Assembly: GCA_963775425.1 (NCBI GenBank)
Contig: CAVZJB010000005.1
Location: forward strand, 672,001 to 736,000
Direction of reading: 5' to 3'
Source of the DNA: an uncultured delta proteobacterium
GTDB lineage: Bacteria > Myxococcota > UBA727 > VGSZ01
Length of the DNA: 64,000 nt
The notes beneath the pieces are model-generated. The model was not told the DNA's origin and ran no database searches. It was given only the letters and a program-made list of their open reading frames with translations. A program made the translations under genes and the position numbers. Positions 35,949 through 46,233 of the stretch are shown piece after piece (within the stretch, counting starts at the first letter, position 1; each line of letters begins with the position of its first letter).

Positions 35949-37862
35949 TCAGCCGGGGTTGCCGAAGCGGAAGATCTCGGCGTGGGCGCCGTTGTCGTCG
36001 AGGCGGCCGACCAGGACCTCATCGACGCCGTCGCCGTCGACGTCGGCGGCGATCATGCGGCAGCGCCCGGGCGCCACGCAGCCGAGCGGCAGCGCCCCCG
36101 CCACCCGCGCGCCGTCCGCGCCCTTGGGCCCGGCGATGATGAGCTGCGCGTCGTCGCGGCCGCCGGTGTCGTCGTCGGGGCCGGGCACGACGAGCACCGC
36201 GAGCTCGGCGTCCGAGTCGTCGCCGGGCCGCGTGAAGTGACCGGGCGCGATGGCCACCGGCCGGAAGGGCACGCGGAGCTCGGCGGTGGTCTCGAACGCC
36301 TCGGCGCCGTCGAGCGTGAAGCTGCCGACCTCGAAGCCGCCGAGGCTCGCGACCGGGAGCAGCAACAGGCCGGTCGCCGGATCGGTGGCGATGGCGGGGC
36401 CGCTGGCGAGCCCGGGCGCGCTGACGGCGTTGACGTCGATGGGCGTCGCCGGATCGACGACGCCGCCGTGGGCGTCGATGAGGAACGAGGCCGTGAAGCC
36501 CACGGCGCTCAGGTCCAGCGTGCTGCGCACGAAGCGGTGCAGCTCGCCGCCCTCGACGGTGGCGGCGCACGCGGAGCCGTCCACGCGCGAGCTCGCGAGC
36601 GACGTGTTGCCGGTGAACGACACCGGCTCGAGCGCCGGCGGCGAGCCGGTGATCGCGAGCAAGTCGCTCTCGGCGGCGATGACGAAGGGGCTGTCGCCCG
36701 GGCACGCGCCGCCGGCCACCGCGCCCGCGCGCGGCGTCACCGCGCCGAGCGCCGCGCCGCCGGGGACCACGACGGCGCACCTGGATCCGACGGTGCCGCA
36801 GATGGGCTCGCCGAGGACGCTCTGGGCGTTCACCACCGCGCGGGTGGCGCCGCCGTCGACGAAGGTGCCGACGAAGGCGGTGACGGCGGCGTCGCGCGCA
36901 GGGGGCACGTCGGCGCTCTCGCTCGACGTCGTGAAGGCGCCGGCGCTGCCGGAGACGGTGGCCACCGAGACGTGCGCGTGGTTGGCGTCGCCGGCGGCGG
37001 GGCCGAGCGTGACGAAGGCCGCGGGCGCGGCGGGGATGACGGCCTGCGCGGCGGCGAGGCCGTCGACGTCGACGTCCGGGTTGGCGAACGCGACGATGCC
37101 CTGGACCGGCGGCGGGTCGGCGCCGGCGGCGAAGCGCGCGCGGGCGGTGACGACGAACGGTCCGGCGCGGGTGAGGCGGAGCTTGGTGAGGTCGACCGCG
37201 GCGGCGCCGCCCTTGACGTCGACGAGGAGCGATCCGAGCGCGGCGCCCTCGGCGTCGAGCGCGGTGAGGCGCACGGTGCCGTCCACGGGGGCGCCGTCGG
37301 CCTCGAGCACGAGATCGAGGCTGCCCAGGGTGCGCCCGTCGGTGGCGTCCTCGACGTGCGCGAAGGACGTGCCGCCGGTGAAGTCGCGCACGACGAGCAG
37401 CGCGGTGGGGTCCGAGAAGGAGGCGACCGCGCCGCGCTCGAGCGTGACGTCGACGACGGGCGCGCCCACCTTGATGGGCGGGACGGCGCCGCAGCCGGAG
37501 GCGACGACGCCGCCGGCTGCGTCGATGGCGTCGACGAGGACGAGCTTGTCGCCGGTGCGGGGCACGCGGCCGACGTCGCCGCCGTCGGTGACCTCGGCCT
37601 CGAGCACCTTGGATGAAAAGAGCGCGTCGCGGCCGACGTCGCCGAAGGCGATCTTGTCGCAGTCGATGCCCGCCTGCGCCGCGGGCGCGAACACGGAGGC
37701 GCGCAGCGTGACGTCGCCGGCGTCGACGCCCGCCGGCAGCGTGATGACGAGCTGCACGGGGGCGTAGTCGCAGCCGGCGAGGGCGGCGACGCACGCGACG
37801 GCGGCGGCGATTGCGGTCGCGGGCGGGCGCGCCTCCCGCCTGCGGGGCGTCGATCGGCTCAT
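35949..37862 (-). CDS. Hypothetical lipoprotein with C-terminal FG-GAP/VCBS-like motif
   Basis: ALAG-C lipobox; [14 protein letters not shown]; ATGA coupling to the upstream gene. Confidence 0.7.
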   Translation of the reverse strand: MSRSTPRRREARPPATAIAAAVACVAALAGCDYAPVQLVITLPAGVDAGDVTLRASVFAPAAQAGIDCDKIAFGDVGRDALFSSKVLEAEVTDGGDVGRVPRTGDKLVLVDAIDAAGGVVASGCGAVPPIKVGAPVVDVTLERGAVASFSDPTALLVVRDFTGGTSFAHVEDATDGRTLGSLDLVLEADGAPVDGTVRLTALDAEGAALGSLLVDVKGGAAAVDLTKLRLTRAGPFVVTARARFAAGADPPPVQGIVAFANPDVDVDGLAAAQAVIPAAPAAFVTLGPAAGDANHAHVSVATVSGSAGAFTTSSESADVPPARDAAVTAFVGTFVDGGATRAVVNAQSVLGEPICGTVGSRCAVVVPGGAALGAVTPRAGAVAGGACPGDSPFVIAAESDLLAITGSPPALEPVSFTGNTSLASSRVDGSACAATVEGGELHRFVRSTLDLSAVGFTASFLIDAHGGVVDPATPIDVNAVSAPGLASGPAIATDPATGLLLLPVASLGGFEVGSFTLDGAEAFETTAELRVPFRPVAIAPGHFTRPGDDSDAELAVLVVPGPDDDTGGRDDAQLIIAGPKGADGARVAGALPLGCVAPGRCRMIAADVDGDGVDEVLVGRLDDNGAHAEIFRFGNPG

Positions 37863-38752
37863 GGGCTCTTCACGATGGCCTTCACGGGGCTGGTGGAGGG
37901 GCGGAGCACCGTGAGCGCGGCGATGGCGACGGTGGTGCCGACGACGGCGGCGCCGACGTAGCCGCCGATGGCGATGGGGCTCAGGTACCACGGGGGCGCG
38001 GTGGCGAAGCCGACCGGGAGCTCGCGCGGCCGCTCGGGCGTAGGGCCGCGCCAGACCTCGGAGCCGGCGGCGTCTGTGGCGACGAGGGACACCTGGAGAT
38101 AGACACCCTCGTCGTCGCCCAGGGAAGGCGGCCGCGTGACGGCAGGCACGTCGACGGTGATGTGGCCGCCGAGGGCGGGGGCGGGCGTGGTGGAGCACGA
38201 CGGCGGCGCGTCGGCGCCCTTCACGTGCGCGCACACGCGAACGGACGAGACCATGGCGAGCGGATCGGAGACGCGCGCGACGTCGAGGCGCACGGGCTCG
38301 TCGAAGCCATAGACGTCCTCGGGCTCGAGCTCGAGCTCGAGCGCCGGCTGCCCGGCGAGCGCGCGGCGCGCGCGCTCGAAGGGGAACGTGGCCTTGGGCG
38401 ACATCGTGTACGGCAGCGCGGCGCCCGGCGCGAGGATGAGCAGCGTCTTGAAGGCCTCCTCTGCGCCGGCGGCGTCGTCGGAGTAGGCGCGCGCGACGCC
38501 GAGGATCTGGTAACGCGCGAGCACGTCGTCGAACGACAACGGCCCGCTCACCGCCGCCAACGCCGACAGCGCGCCGTCGACGTCTCCGGCGGCGAGCTTG
38601 TCGCGCGCCTGCGCGATCCCCGGCGCTCCCGCCGGCGCCGGATCCGCGCGCGGGGCGTCCGCCGGCGTCGGGGCCGCCGCCGGCGCATCGGCGCGCGCGG
38701 CAGGCGCGCCCCAGACGAGGGCGGCGACGACGAGGGTGGCTGCGCGTGTCAT
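37859..38752 (-). CDS. Hypothetical secreted TPR-like protein with C-terminal hydrophobic segment (PWY-type)
   Basis: Signal peptide; [20 protein letters not shown]...SPK; PPWYLSP followed by a TM-like stretch. Confidence 0.7.
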   Translation of the reverse strand: MTRAATLVVAALVWGAPAARADAPAAAPTPADAPRADPAPAGAPGIAQARDKLAAGDVDGALSALAAVSGPLSFDDVLARYQILGVARAYSDDAAGAEEAFKTLLILAPGAALPYTMSPKATFPFERARRALAGQPALELELEPEDVYGFDEPVRLDVARVSDPLAMVSSVRVCAHVKGADAPPSCSTTPAPALGGHITVDVPAVTRPPSLGDDEGVYLQVSLVATDAAGSEVWRGPTPERPRELPVGFATAPPWYLSPIAIGGYVGAAVVGTTVAIAALTVLRPSTSPVKAIVKSP

Positions 38753-40236
38753 GGGTCGGTGCCGATGCCGAAGTCCTTCATCTTTTTCAACAAGGTGTTG
38801 CGCGCGATGCCGAGCTCGCGCGCGGCGGCGCTCTGGTTTCCGCCGTGGCGATCGAGCGCGCCTCTGACGTCGACGGCGGTGAGGTAGCGCGGGTTGGGCT
38901 TCACCGCGGCGGCGGGCGCCGGCTCGGGCGCGGCGAAGGCGGCCGCGCGCTCGCCGAGGTGCCGCTCGACGTCGTCCTTCGAGACCGTCACCGCGCGCGT
39001 GCCCTCGGGCAGCTTGGCGAGCGCGACGTGCGCGCACGTGGACACCGCGGCGCGCAACTGGCGGAGCTGCCCCGGCCAGCTCGCCTCGCTGAGCACGTCC
39101 ATGGCCTCGGGCGCGACGTCGACGTCGACGCCGAGCATGCGGCCCTGCTCGTCGGCGAACGCGTGCACGAGGGCCGGGATGTCCTGCCTCCTGTCGTCGA
39201 GCGTGGGCAGCTTGATCATGTGCCCCTCGGCGAGGCGCTCGCACAGGTCGTTGCGCAAGCCGCTCTGCGACAGCGCCCGCTTGGAGGCCGAGATGAGCCG
39301 AAAGCGCACGGGCCCCGGCGCGCGCGACCCCTGCGCGCCGAGCGGCGCCTGGCCCGTGCCCTCGAGGACGTCGAGGAGGAAGCCCTGCGCCACCTCCGGC
39401 AGCGACTCCACCTCGTCGAGGAACAGCGTGCCGCCGTCCGCCGCCTGCAGCTTGCCGAGGCGATCGGCCTGCGCGCCGGTGAACGCGCCCTTCACGTGCC
39501 CGAGCAATTCGCTCTGGAGCGCGACGGGGTCCACGGGCAGGCGCGCGCAGTTGACGGCGACGAACGCGCCGCGCGCGCCGCTTCGGTCGTGCACCGCGCG
39601 CGCCGCGTGCGTCTTGCCGGCGCCGGACGGCCCGAGGAGGAACACGGGCAGCGGCGTGCGCGCGGCGACGGCGATCGCCTGCTCGAGGGCGCGCGCCGCA
39701 GGCGACGTCGCGCCCCCGGCCCGGTCCCCGTCGCCGCGGCCCGGCGAGCTGTTCGACGCGCTGTGCGGCGCACCGTTCGACGCACCGTGCGAGGCGCTGC
39801 CGTCGGCGGGCGCCGCCGCGGGGGACACCGGGGGAGCGGCGAGGAGCTCGAGCCGGCACGCGCTGTCGCCGACGATGACGACGTCGCCGACCTCGAGCGC
39901 GGTCTTTTCGAGCGCGCGCAGGGCGATGCGTGCGCCGGCGCGCTCCAGGGCGCTGCCGTTGCTCGAGCCGAGGTCCTGGTACAGCCAGCGATCGTGGTCG
40001 CACGACAGCGCCCCGTGCAGCCGCGACACCTCCGCGGCGTCGAAGGCGACGTCGGCGGCGTCGTGGCGGCCGATGACGGTGCGCGCCTCGTCGTCGAGCG
40101 CGACGTCCACGGGCGGCGCGTCCGCGCGATGGATGCGCAGGCCGCGCGGCTTCGGAGGCGGCGCCGGCCGCGCCGGGGGCGGGCGCTTCAGGACCCGGCC
40201 CCGGGCCGCCGCCGTGGGCTTGTCGTCGTCGGTCAC
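38749..40236 (-). CDS. FHA-domain sigma-54 enhancer-binding protein (AAA+, Fis HTH)
   Basis: VIGRH, VSRLH, SSNG (FHA); [32 protein letters not shown]; [16 protein letters not shown]. Confidence 0.9.
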   Translation of the reverse strand: MTDDDKPTAAARGRVLKRPPPARPAPPPKPRGLRIHRADAPPVDVALDDEARTVIGRHDAADVAFDAAEVSRLHGALSCDHDRWLYQDLGSSNGSALERAGARIALRALEKTALEVGDVVIVGDSACRLELLAAPPVSPAAAPADGSASHGASNGAPHSASNSSPGRGDGDRAGGATSPAARALEQAIAVAARTPLPVFLLGPSGAGKTHAARAVHDRSGARGAFVAVNCARLPVDPVALQSELLGHVKGAFTGAQADRLGKLQAADGGTLFLDEVESLPEVAQGFLLDVLEGTGQAPLGAQGSRAPGPVRFRLISASKRALSQSGLRNDLCERLAEGHMIKLPTLDDRRQDIPALVHAFADEQGRMLGVDVDVAPEAMDVLSEASWPGQLRQLRAAVSTCAHVALAKLPEGTRAVTVSKDDVERHLGERAAAFAAPEPAPAAAVKPNPRYLTAVDVRGALDRHGGNQSAAARELGIARNTLLKKMKDFGIGTDP

Positions 40237-40348
40237 GGCGCCATCTTACAGCCAACCCCGGGGCTTGACGGAGGCGCCGCGCTCGCCCTCGCTCATCGTC
40301 GAGGAGCGGCACCAGGGGGCATGACCCGTCGTCGCCCGCCGCCGCGGC

Positions 40349-41053
40349 TCAGGGCGCCTTCCCGCCGACCGGCGCGGCCTCGCCGGCGGCCTTCTTCCCG
40401 GCGCCGCACGTGACCTTCACGTCCGCGGCGGCGACCTTGACGTCCTGCCGACACAGCACGGCGCCCGGCGCGCTCTCGACGACGAGGCTCCACGTGCCGG
40501 GGCCGACGCCGGGGACGTCGACGTGGGCGCTGCCGTCGGCGGCGGCGTCGGCGGAGGCGCTGACGGTGCTCTTGCCCTGGTGGAGCGTGGCGCGCGCCGA
40601 GCCCGTGCTCGAGCGGAGCGCGCGCACCATGGCGACGAGCGCCTTCACCACCGCGGGCTTCTCCTTGAGATCGAGGTTCGGCAGCATGAGCGGCGAGAGC
40701 TTGCGCGCAGGGCCGCCCTCGACGATGACGGCGGCGATGTCGTCGTCCGAGACCGACGCTTGCCAGACGGCGTCGCTGAAGCGGCGCGGGCGCGTGGGGT
40801 AACCCTGCGCGGCCGGGCCGTCGCCCTGGCCGCCGGGCCCGTGGCACATGGCGCAGCGCGTCTGGAAGATGCTGGTGGCGTCCGTCTGCGCGGCGGCGTC
40901 GACGGCGCCGGCCGTCTTGCCGGCGGCGGGGGCCTTGGGGACGCCGCGGACGTCGACGACGACGTGGACACCGGCCGCGCCGATGACCTGCGAGGTGAGG
41001 AGGAGAGCGGTGAGCACGACGCGCTTATGCCTCGGGCGCCGCGCTCGGGACAA
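40349..41053 (-). CDS. Monohaem cytochrome c with C-terminal Ig-like extension
   Basis: CAMCHGPGGQGDGPAA, distal Met (SPLMLP); signal-like N-terminus. Confidence 0.8.
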   Translation of the reverse strand: MSRARRPRHKRVVLTALLLTSQVIGAAGVHVVVDVRGVPKAPAAGKTAGAVDAAAQTDATSIFQTRCAMCHGPGGQGDGPAAQGYPTRPRRFSDAVWQASVSDDDIAAVIVEGGPARKLSPLMLPNLDLKEKPAVVKALVAMVRALRSSTGSARATLHQGKSTVSASADAAADGSAHVDVPGVGPGTWSLVVESAPGAVLCRQDVKVAAADVKVTCGAGKKAAGEAAPVGGKAP

Positions 41054-41068
41054 GGGTGCGCGCCGGCG

Positions 41069-42163
41069 TCAGGGTGCGGCGGTGGGCTCGCCCGGGGGCA
41101 GGTCGACCGGTGCGGAGGCGTCGCGCCAGGGGCTCTCGCCGTACCGGGTGGCGTCGACGGGCTTGTCGCGCACGCGCAGGATGTAGTGCAGGTGCGGTCC
41201 GGTGACGCGGCCGGTGGCGCCGGACAGACCAATCTCCTGCTTGCGCGTCACCGGCGCGCCCTCTTTCACCTCGGGCTCGCTGAGGTGGCAGTACGTGGTC
41301 TGGATGCCGAGGCCGAGGTCGAGGATGACGTAGTTGCCGCTGATGGAGTCGCGGCTCTGGCGCTTGACGCGCCCCTTGGCGGCGGCGAGCAGCGGCGTCC
41401 CCGTGGGCACGCCGATGTCCGTCCCGTTGTGGAAGCTCCGCTCGCCCGTGACGGGGTGAACGCGCTCGCCGAACGGCGACGTCACCCGGAACTTCGGGTC
41501 GGCCGGCCACGCCAGCGTTCGCAGGCGATAGACCGCGAGCACCGCCAGCGCCCCTTGCAGCGGGCCGCGCCGCGCGCTCGGCGCGAGGAACTCGGCGTGG
41601 TGCTCGACGTCGGCAGGGTCGGGGCTGCTGCTCCGCTGCGCCTGCTCGACCGCGAGCCGCACGGCGATGGGCCCGAGCCACATCGCCTCGATGGCGAGCT
41701 CGGGGTTGTGGCCGAGCTGTTTTTCGCCGGCGGCGACCATCGCGGCGGCGTCATCGGCGTCGAGCTTCTGCTTGTGCGCGAGCGCGGGCAGGACCGCGCC
41801 TGCGCGCGGCGGCGCGTCCATCTCGCACGACGTCGGCGTGCACGCGCCGCGGGTCTGCACGAGCGCGGCGACGGCCTCGGGGTTCACCTTGGCCTTCTCC
41901 GCCGCCGCCACGATCGGGGCGGGGAGCGCCCCCTGCGCCGCCTGCGCGTTCTTCGCGGCGTCTGCGGGCGTGGACACGGCGATCTCGCGGCCCTTGAACG
42001 TCGCGAGCCACGACGGGTGCTCCTTCTGGCCGCGCGCGATGTTCACCGCGGTCTCGGCGATGGCCCCGAGCGGCGTCTTTGCGTAGACGGCGTAGACCAG
42101 CACCACCATCAAGAGCCCGTCGAGGAGGCCGCGGCGTCGACGAGGGATCTCCGTGGTGGTCAC
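41069..42163 (-). CDS. M23 metallopeptidase with N-terminal TM and degenerate SLT-like domain
   Basis: TSPFGERVHP, HNGTD, YCHLS, GATGRVTGPHLH; GTG 42163 overlapping the upstream stop. Confidence 0.85.
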   Translation of the reverse strand: MTTTEIPRRRRGLLDGLLMVVLVYAVYAKTPLGAIAETAVNIARGQKEHPSWLATFKGREIAVSTPADAAKNAQAAQGALPAPIVAAAEKAKVNPEAVAALVQTRGACTPTSCEMDAPPRAGAVLPALAHKQKLDADDAAAMVAAGEKQLGHNPELAIEAMWLGPIAVRLAVEQAQRSSSPDPADVEHHAEFLAPSARRGPLQGALAVLAVYRLRTLAWPADPKFRVTSPFGERVHPVTGERSFHNGTDIGVPTGTPLLAAAKGRVKRQSRDSISGNYVILDLGLGIQTTYCHLSEPEVKEGAPVTRKQEIGLSGATGRVTGPHLHYILRVRDKPVDATRYGESPWRDASAPVDLPPGEPTAAP

Positions 42164-43017
42164 GGCGCCACCTGCACGCGCTGCACGAGCGCGAAGATGT
42201 CGTGCGACGTGAGGCCGGCCACGGCGAGCGGGAGCGCGACGACGAGCAGCCACCAGCCGCGCGCATGCAGCCGCGCGAACGCGAGCGCGAGGGCGGCCCG
42301 CGGGAAGCGATGCGGTTTGGTCCGGCGCGCGGCCGCCTTGTCGCGCGCCTTGTCGAAGCGGGCGCGTGAGCGCAGCAACGCGCCGTGGAGGAGGTCGGGC
42401 AGGAAGCGCCACACGAGGAGCGCGGCGGCGAGGATGCCCGCGCCGGCGGCGACGTGGCCGGACCAGAGGAGCTCGGGGAACAAGCGCTGCAGGGCGTGGC
42501 GCGTGAAGCCCTCGACGGCGAGGGCGGCGGTGGCGGCGCCGCCGAAGGCGAAGCAGAAGAGCGTGGGGATGACGGCGAGGCGCTCGACGTCGAGGGGCGA
42601 CAGCGCCGCTCTCATCTGCCGCGCGCTGGCGACGACCTCCGGCAGGAGCCCCTGCGGGTCGTCGTCGACGTGGCGGCCCCAGGCGAGGTCGATGAGGAGG
42701 ATGTCGAGCAGGAGCTCCGCGACGAGCGCGAGGCCGAGGGCGAGCTTGTCCTTCTCGCCGAGGTCGATGAACGTGGCGAACGACGCCGACGCCTTGAGCG
42801 CGGTCTCCTGAGCGATGGCGCCGCCCTGCGCGAGCCAGTCGAAGAAGCCGGCGGCGGTGTTGTCGACGGCGAGGTCGACGGCGTCGACGATGTCGTAGAC
42901 GACGTCGTCGAGGTGGTCGGCGGCGAGGTGGACGCCCATGAACACCAGGCAGATGGCGGCGACGCGGCGCACGAGGCGCCGCTGGGAGCCGATGGCGTGG
43001 CTGATGCCGTTCAGCAC
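42160..43017 (-). CDS. Hypothetical polytopic membrane protein
   Basis: GTG after GGAGG; about 5 hydrophobic segments; coupled to the M23 gene. Confidence 0.65.
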   Translation of the reverse strand: MLNGISHAIGSQRRLVRRVAAICLVFMGVHLAADHLDDVVYDIVDAVDLAVDNTAAGFFDWLAQGGAIAQETALKASASFATFIDLGEKDKLALGLALVAELLLDILLIDLAWGRHVDDDPQGLLPEVVASARQMRAALSPLDVERLAVIPTLFCFAFGGAATAALAVEGFTRHALQRLFPELLWSGHVAAGAGILAAALLVWRFLPDLLHGALLRSRARFDKARDKAAARRTKPHRFPRAALALAFARLHARGWWLLVVALPLAVAGLTSHDIFALVQRVQVAP

Positions 43018-43173
43018 GGAGCCTCCCCGCGGCAGGCAACGAGCCTTGGGCGTATGGTCTCGCCGGTCATCAAGCGCGCCTCTCCCTCGGTGGAACGCGC
43101 GGGATCGCGCGGAGTTCCGGTGCTGATGCAAAAATCCCAGATCTGCGACGGATATTCGTAGAGGAGCCTGCTT

Positions 43174-46100
43174 TTGTCCGCCTCCGAGGCAAGTCCGCGC
43201 CGTGTCCTGGTCGTCGTGCGTGATACCGCGCACGCCCGAGACGACGTCGCGCCCGTGTGGACGCTGCGCGAGCTGTTCGACCGGCTGATCGCGTGGGCGC
43301 TGCTCGCCGACGGCGGCGTGCGCGACAATCGGGCGGCGCTGTGGGCGACGGCGGAGGCGCTGGCGCAGGGCGGGGCGCTCCTGCCGCGCATCGCGCACGA
43401 CGCCGACGACCTGCGGCGCGCGTTGCTCCACGGCGGAGCGTCCGCCGCCGAGGTCGCGCGCGCGCTCGACGACGGCGACAGCGGGCGCGCCGGGGAGCTC
43501 GCGACGCTGTTTGCGACGCTGGCGGCGGCGGAGCGTCGTTTGGCGGCGGCGGAGCGCGTCGACGGCGCGGCGGCGCTCGCGCGGGCGGTGCAAATGCTCG
43601 AGCGCGGCGAGGTGCCGGCGGCGCTGCGGGCGTTCGACGCCGTCGAGGTGCGCGAGCTCGTGGAGCCGAGCGACCTGGAGCTGCGGGCGTTGGTGGCGCT
43701 CGCGCGCGGGGGGATCTCCGTGCGCGCGTCCGTGCCCATCGATTCGCTCGGCCGGGGGCTCCTGGCCGGCGTGGAGCCCGTGCTGCGCGCCCTCGAGGCC
43801 GCCGACGACGCCGACCTCGAGCTCGAGCTCGTCGACGTCGCGGAGGGCGCGCGCGCCGACGGCACCTCCGGCTTCGCGCGGGCCTGGTACGGGGGCGGCG
43901 TGGCGCCGGGGGCGTCCGTCGAGGTCGCGCTGTGCGCCGACGAGGCCGCCGAGGCGCGCGACATCGCTTCGGTGGTCGCGGCGTGGCGCCGCGAGCGCCC
44001 GGGCGCGCGCGTCGCCGTCGCGTTGCGCACCGTCGACGACGGCGCCGCGCGCATCGCCGACGCGTTGTCCGCGCACGGGACCCCGGTGCGCATCGGTCGC
44101 CGCACGCTCCTCGCGGCTCCCGCGGCGCGGCTGCTCCTCGACGTCGTCGCCCTCGCCCGCGACGGCGCGCCGCGCGACCGGCTCGTCGCCGTCCTCGCGA
44201 GCCCGGCGCTCACCGGCGCGCTGTCGTCCGCCGAGGGCGCGCGCGTGCTGCGCGTGCTGCGGCTCGCCGCCGCGCGCACCGACGTCGAAGACGCGCAGCG
44301 CCCACGCGGCGGCTACCGCCACCGCCTCGAGCGCTACCGGAGCGGCCTCGAGCTCGAGCAGGAGCGCCACGAGGTAGACGTCGCCCTCGGCCACGTCGAG
44401 CGCGCCCTCGGCTTCGCCGCCCGCCTCCCGAAAGAGGCCACGCTCCTGCAGCACCTCGAGGCCCTCCGCGCCGTCGCCGGTGTGATCTTCGAGGACGGTG
44501 ACCGCCTCGGCTGCGCCGACGTCGTCGACCTCCTCGACGAGTCCCTGCGCGCCTGCGCCGCCGTCGCCGGCGACGCAGGGGATCGCGTCGCGCTCGCCGC
44601 CGTCGCCACGCTCCTCGAGCGCGCGCTCGAGCGCGCCCCCGGACCCGCGCCCGCCGTCGACGCCGACGACGCCGTGGAGATCCTCGCGCTCCCCGAGCTC
44701 GTCGGGCGCGCCCTCGATCACGTCGTCATCGCCGGCTGTGTCGAGGGCCGCCTCCCGCGCACCGAGCGCAAGGAGCGGCTGCTCGCCGACGCCGACCGCG
44801 CCCTCGTCAACAAGGCGCTCGGCCGGCGCGCGCTGCGGCTCATCGACGACGACCCGCTCGAGCCGTCGCCGGTCGCGCGGGCCCAGGCGCTCGAGCCGCT
44901 GTGGTTCCTCGGCGCCGTGCGCGCCGCCGGCCGCTCGCTCCTCCTCAGCGCGCCGCGGCGCGACGGCCGCGGGCGCGAGCTGTCGCCGAGCGTCTTCCTC
45001 CTCGAGAGCGAGCGCGCCCTCGCAGGGCAGGGCGCCCGCTTCGCGCGGGAGCCGTCGCCGCGGGCGGTGGCGGTGCGCGCGGCGGGCCTGCGCGCCGGGG
45101 GCGCGCTCGACGACGACCACGCGCGCGCGCTCGGCTTGTCGCCGGGCCTCGTCGCGCACATCGACCTCTGCAAGCGCATCGCCGACGAGCGCGCGCGCTT
45201 CTTCTTCCACAAGGGCAGCCGGCCGCTGTCGGCGGTGCGCGCGCCGTTCGCGTTCGCGGTCGACCCCGAGCGCATCAGCACGACCTTCGCTGGCTCGTTC
45301 GGGCTCTCCGCCGCGCGCCCGCTGACGCCCACGCGGCTCGAGGCGCTCGCGTCGTGTCGCATGCACGGCTTCCTGCAGCACGTGCTCAAGGTCGACGTCG
45401 ACGCGCCCGCGGGCAACGCCGCGGACGCCCGCGTGATCGGGACGCTCGCGCACGCCGTGATGGAGCGCTTCTTTCGCGAGCGCAAGGCGAGGAACGTCCC
45501 CGCCTCCCGTGTCACCGACGCGGACCGCGAACGCGTGCGCGCGCTGCTCGCCGAGGAGGCCGCGCCCGTCATCGCCTTTCGCGCCACCGGACACCTCGGC
45601 GCCATTCGCGCGCAGATCGAGTGGCTGGAGACCGCGCTGGTGCGCGCGGTGTCGATGCTCGCGCGCGACCCGCGCGTGGGAGGTGTGGAGCCCGTGGACT
45701 TCGAGGTCGCCGTCGGCGTCGGAGAGGGCGCACTGCCGGCCTCGTCGCTCGAGGTGGGCGGGCGCACGCTGTGGCTCGGCGGCGTCATCGATCGCATCGA
45801 CGAGGGCGCGGGCGCGCGGGCGGTGATCGACTACAAGACGTCGAGCACGGGGGCCATTCGCAGGAAGGCGCGCGTCGACGCGCTGTTCGAGAAGCACTTC
45901 CAGTTGCTGCTCTACCTGCGCATCCTCGAGGCGCATCGGCCTACGCCGGAGGGCACGTCGCTGCACGGGTACCTGGTGTCCTTGCGCGACGGCACCACCA
46001 GCAGCGACGTGGCCGAGGTCCCCGATCTCCGCGCGCGCGTCCTCGACGACGCGCGCGAGGACGGCCTCGCCGCGGGCGTCGGCCGCGTGGTGCTGCCCGT

Positions 46101-46233
46101 CCTCGAAGGCACGTTGCCGCCCGACGCCGGCGACCGCTGCGACACCTGCCGCCTGCAGCGCATCTGCCGCATCCCGTTGGCGCCCGAATTCGCCCCGGAC
46201 ATCGACGACGTCGACGAGGGGAGCGGCGTATGA
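43174..46233 (+). CDS. addB: AddB-like subunit: inactive helicase fold + PD-(D/E)XK nuclease with Fe-S staple
   Basis: TTG after GAGGAG; SPSVFL; LASCRMHG, GTLAH, GVIDRID, IDYKT, QLLLY, CDTCRLQRIC. Confidence 0.8.
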   Translation: MSASEASPRRVLVVVRDTAHARDDVAPVWTLRELFDRLIAWALLADGGVRDNRAALWATAEALAQGGALLPRIAHDADDLRRALLHGGASAAEVARALDDGDSGRAGELATLFATLAAAERRLAAAERVDGAAALARAVQMLERGEVPAALRAFDAVEVRELVEPSDLELRALVALARGGISVRASVPIDSLGRGLLAGVEPVLRALEAADDADLELELVDVAEGARADGTSGFARAWYGGGVAPGASVEVALCADEAAEARDIASVVAAWRRERPGARVAVALRTVDDGAARIADALSAHGTPVRIGRRTLLAAPAARLLLDVVALARDGAPRDRLVAVLASPALTGALSSAEGARVLRVLRLAAARTDVEDAQRPRGGYRHRLERYRSGLELEQERHEVDVALGHVERALGFAARLPKEATLLQHLEALRAVAGVIFEDGDRLGCADVVDLLDESLRACAAVAGDAGDRVALAAVATLLERALERAPGPAPAVDADDAVEILALPELVGRALDHVVIAGCVEGRLPRTERKERLLADADRALVNKALGRRALRLIDDDPLEPSPVARAQALEPLWFLGAVRAAGRSLLLSAPRRDGRGRELSPSVFLLESERALAGQGARFAREPSPRAVAVRAAGLRAGGALDDDHARALGLSPGLVAHIDLCKRIADERARFFFHKGSRPLSAVRAPFAFAVDPERISTTFAGSFGLSAARPLTPTRLEALASCRMHGFLQHVLKVDVDAPAGNAADARVIGTLAHAVMERFFRERKARNVPASRVTDADRERVRALLAEEAAPVIAFRATGHLGAIRAQIEWLETALVRAVSMLARDPRVGGVEPVDFEVAVGVGEGALPASSLEVGGRTLWLGGVIDRIDEGAGARAVIDYKTSSTGAIRRKARVDALFEKHFQLLLYLRILEAHRPTPEGTSLHGYLVSLRDGTTSSDVAEVPDLRARVLDDAREDGLAAGVGRVVLPVLEGTLPPDAGDRCDTCRLQRICRIPLAPEFAPDIDDVDEGSGV

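Noticed and set aside
42160-45966. 1268-aa minus-strand ORF
   Set aside because: Only 42160-43017 looks coding (SD + GTG, hydrophobic protein); the rest is antisense to addB
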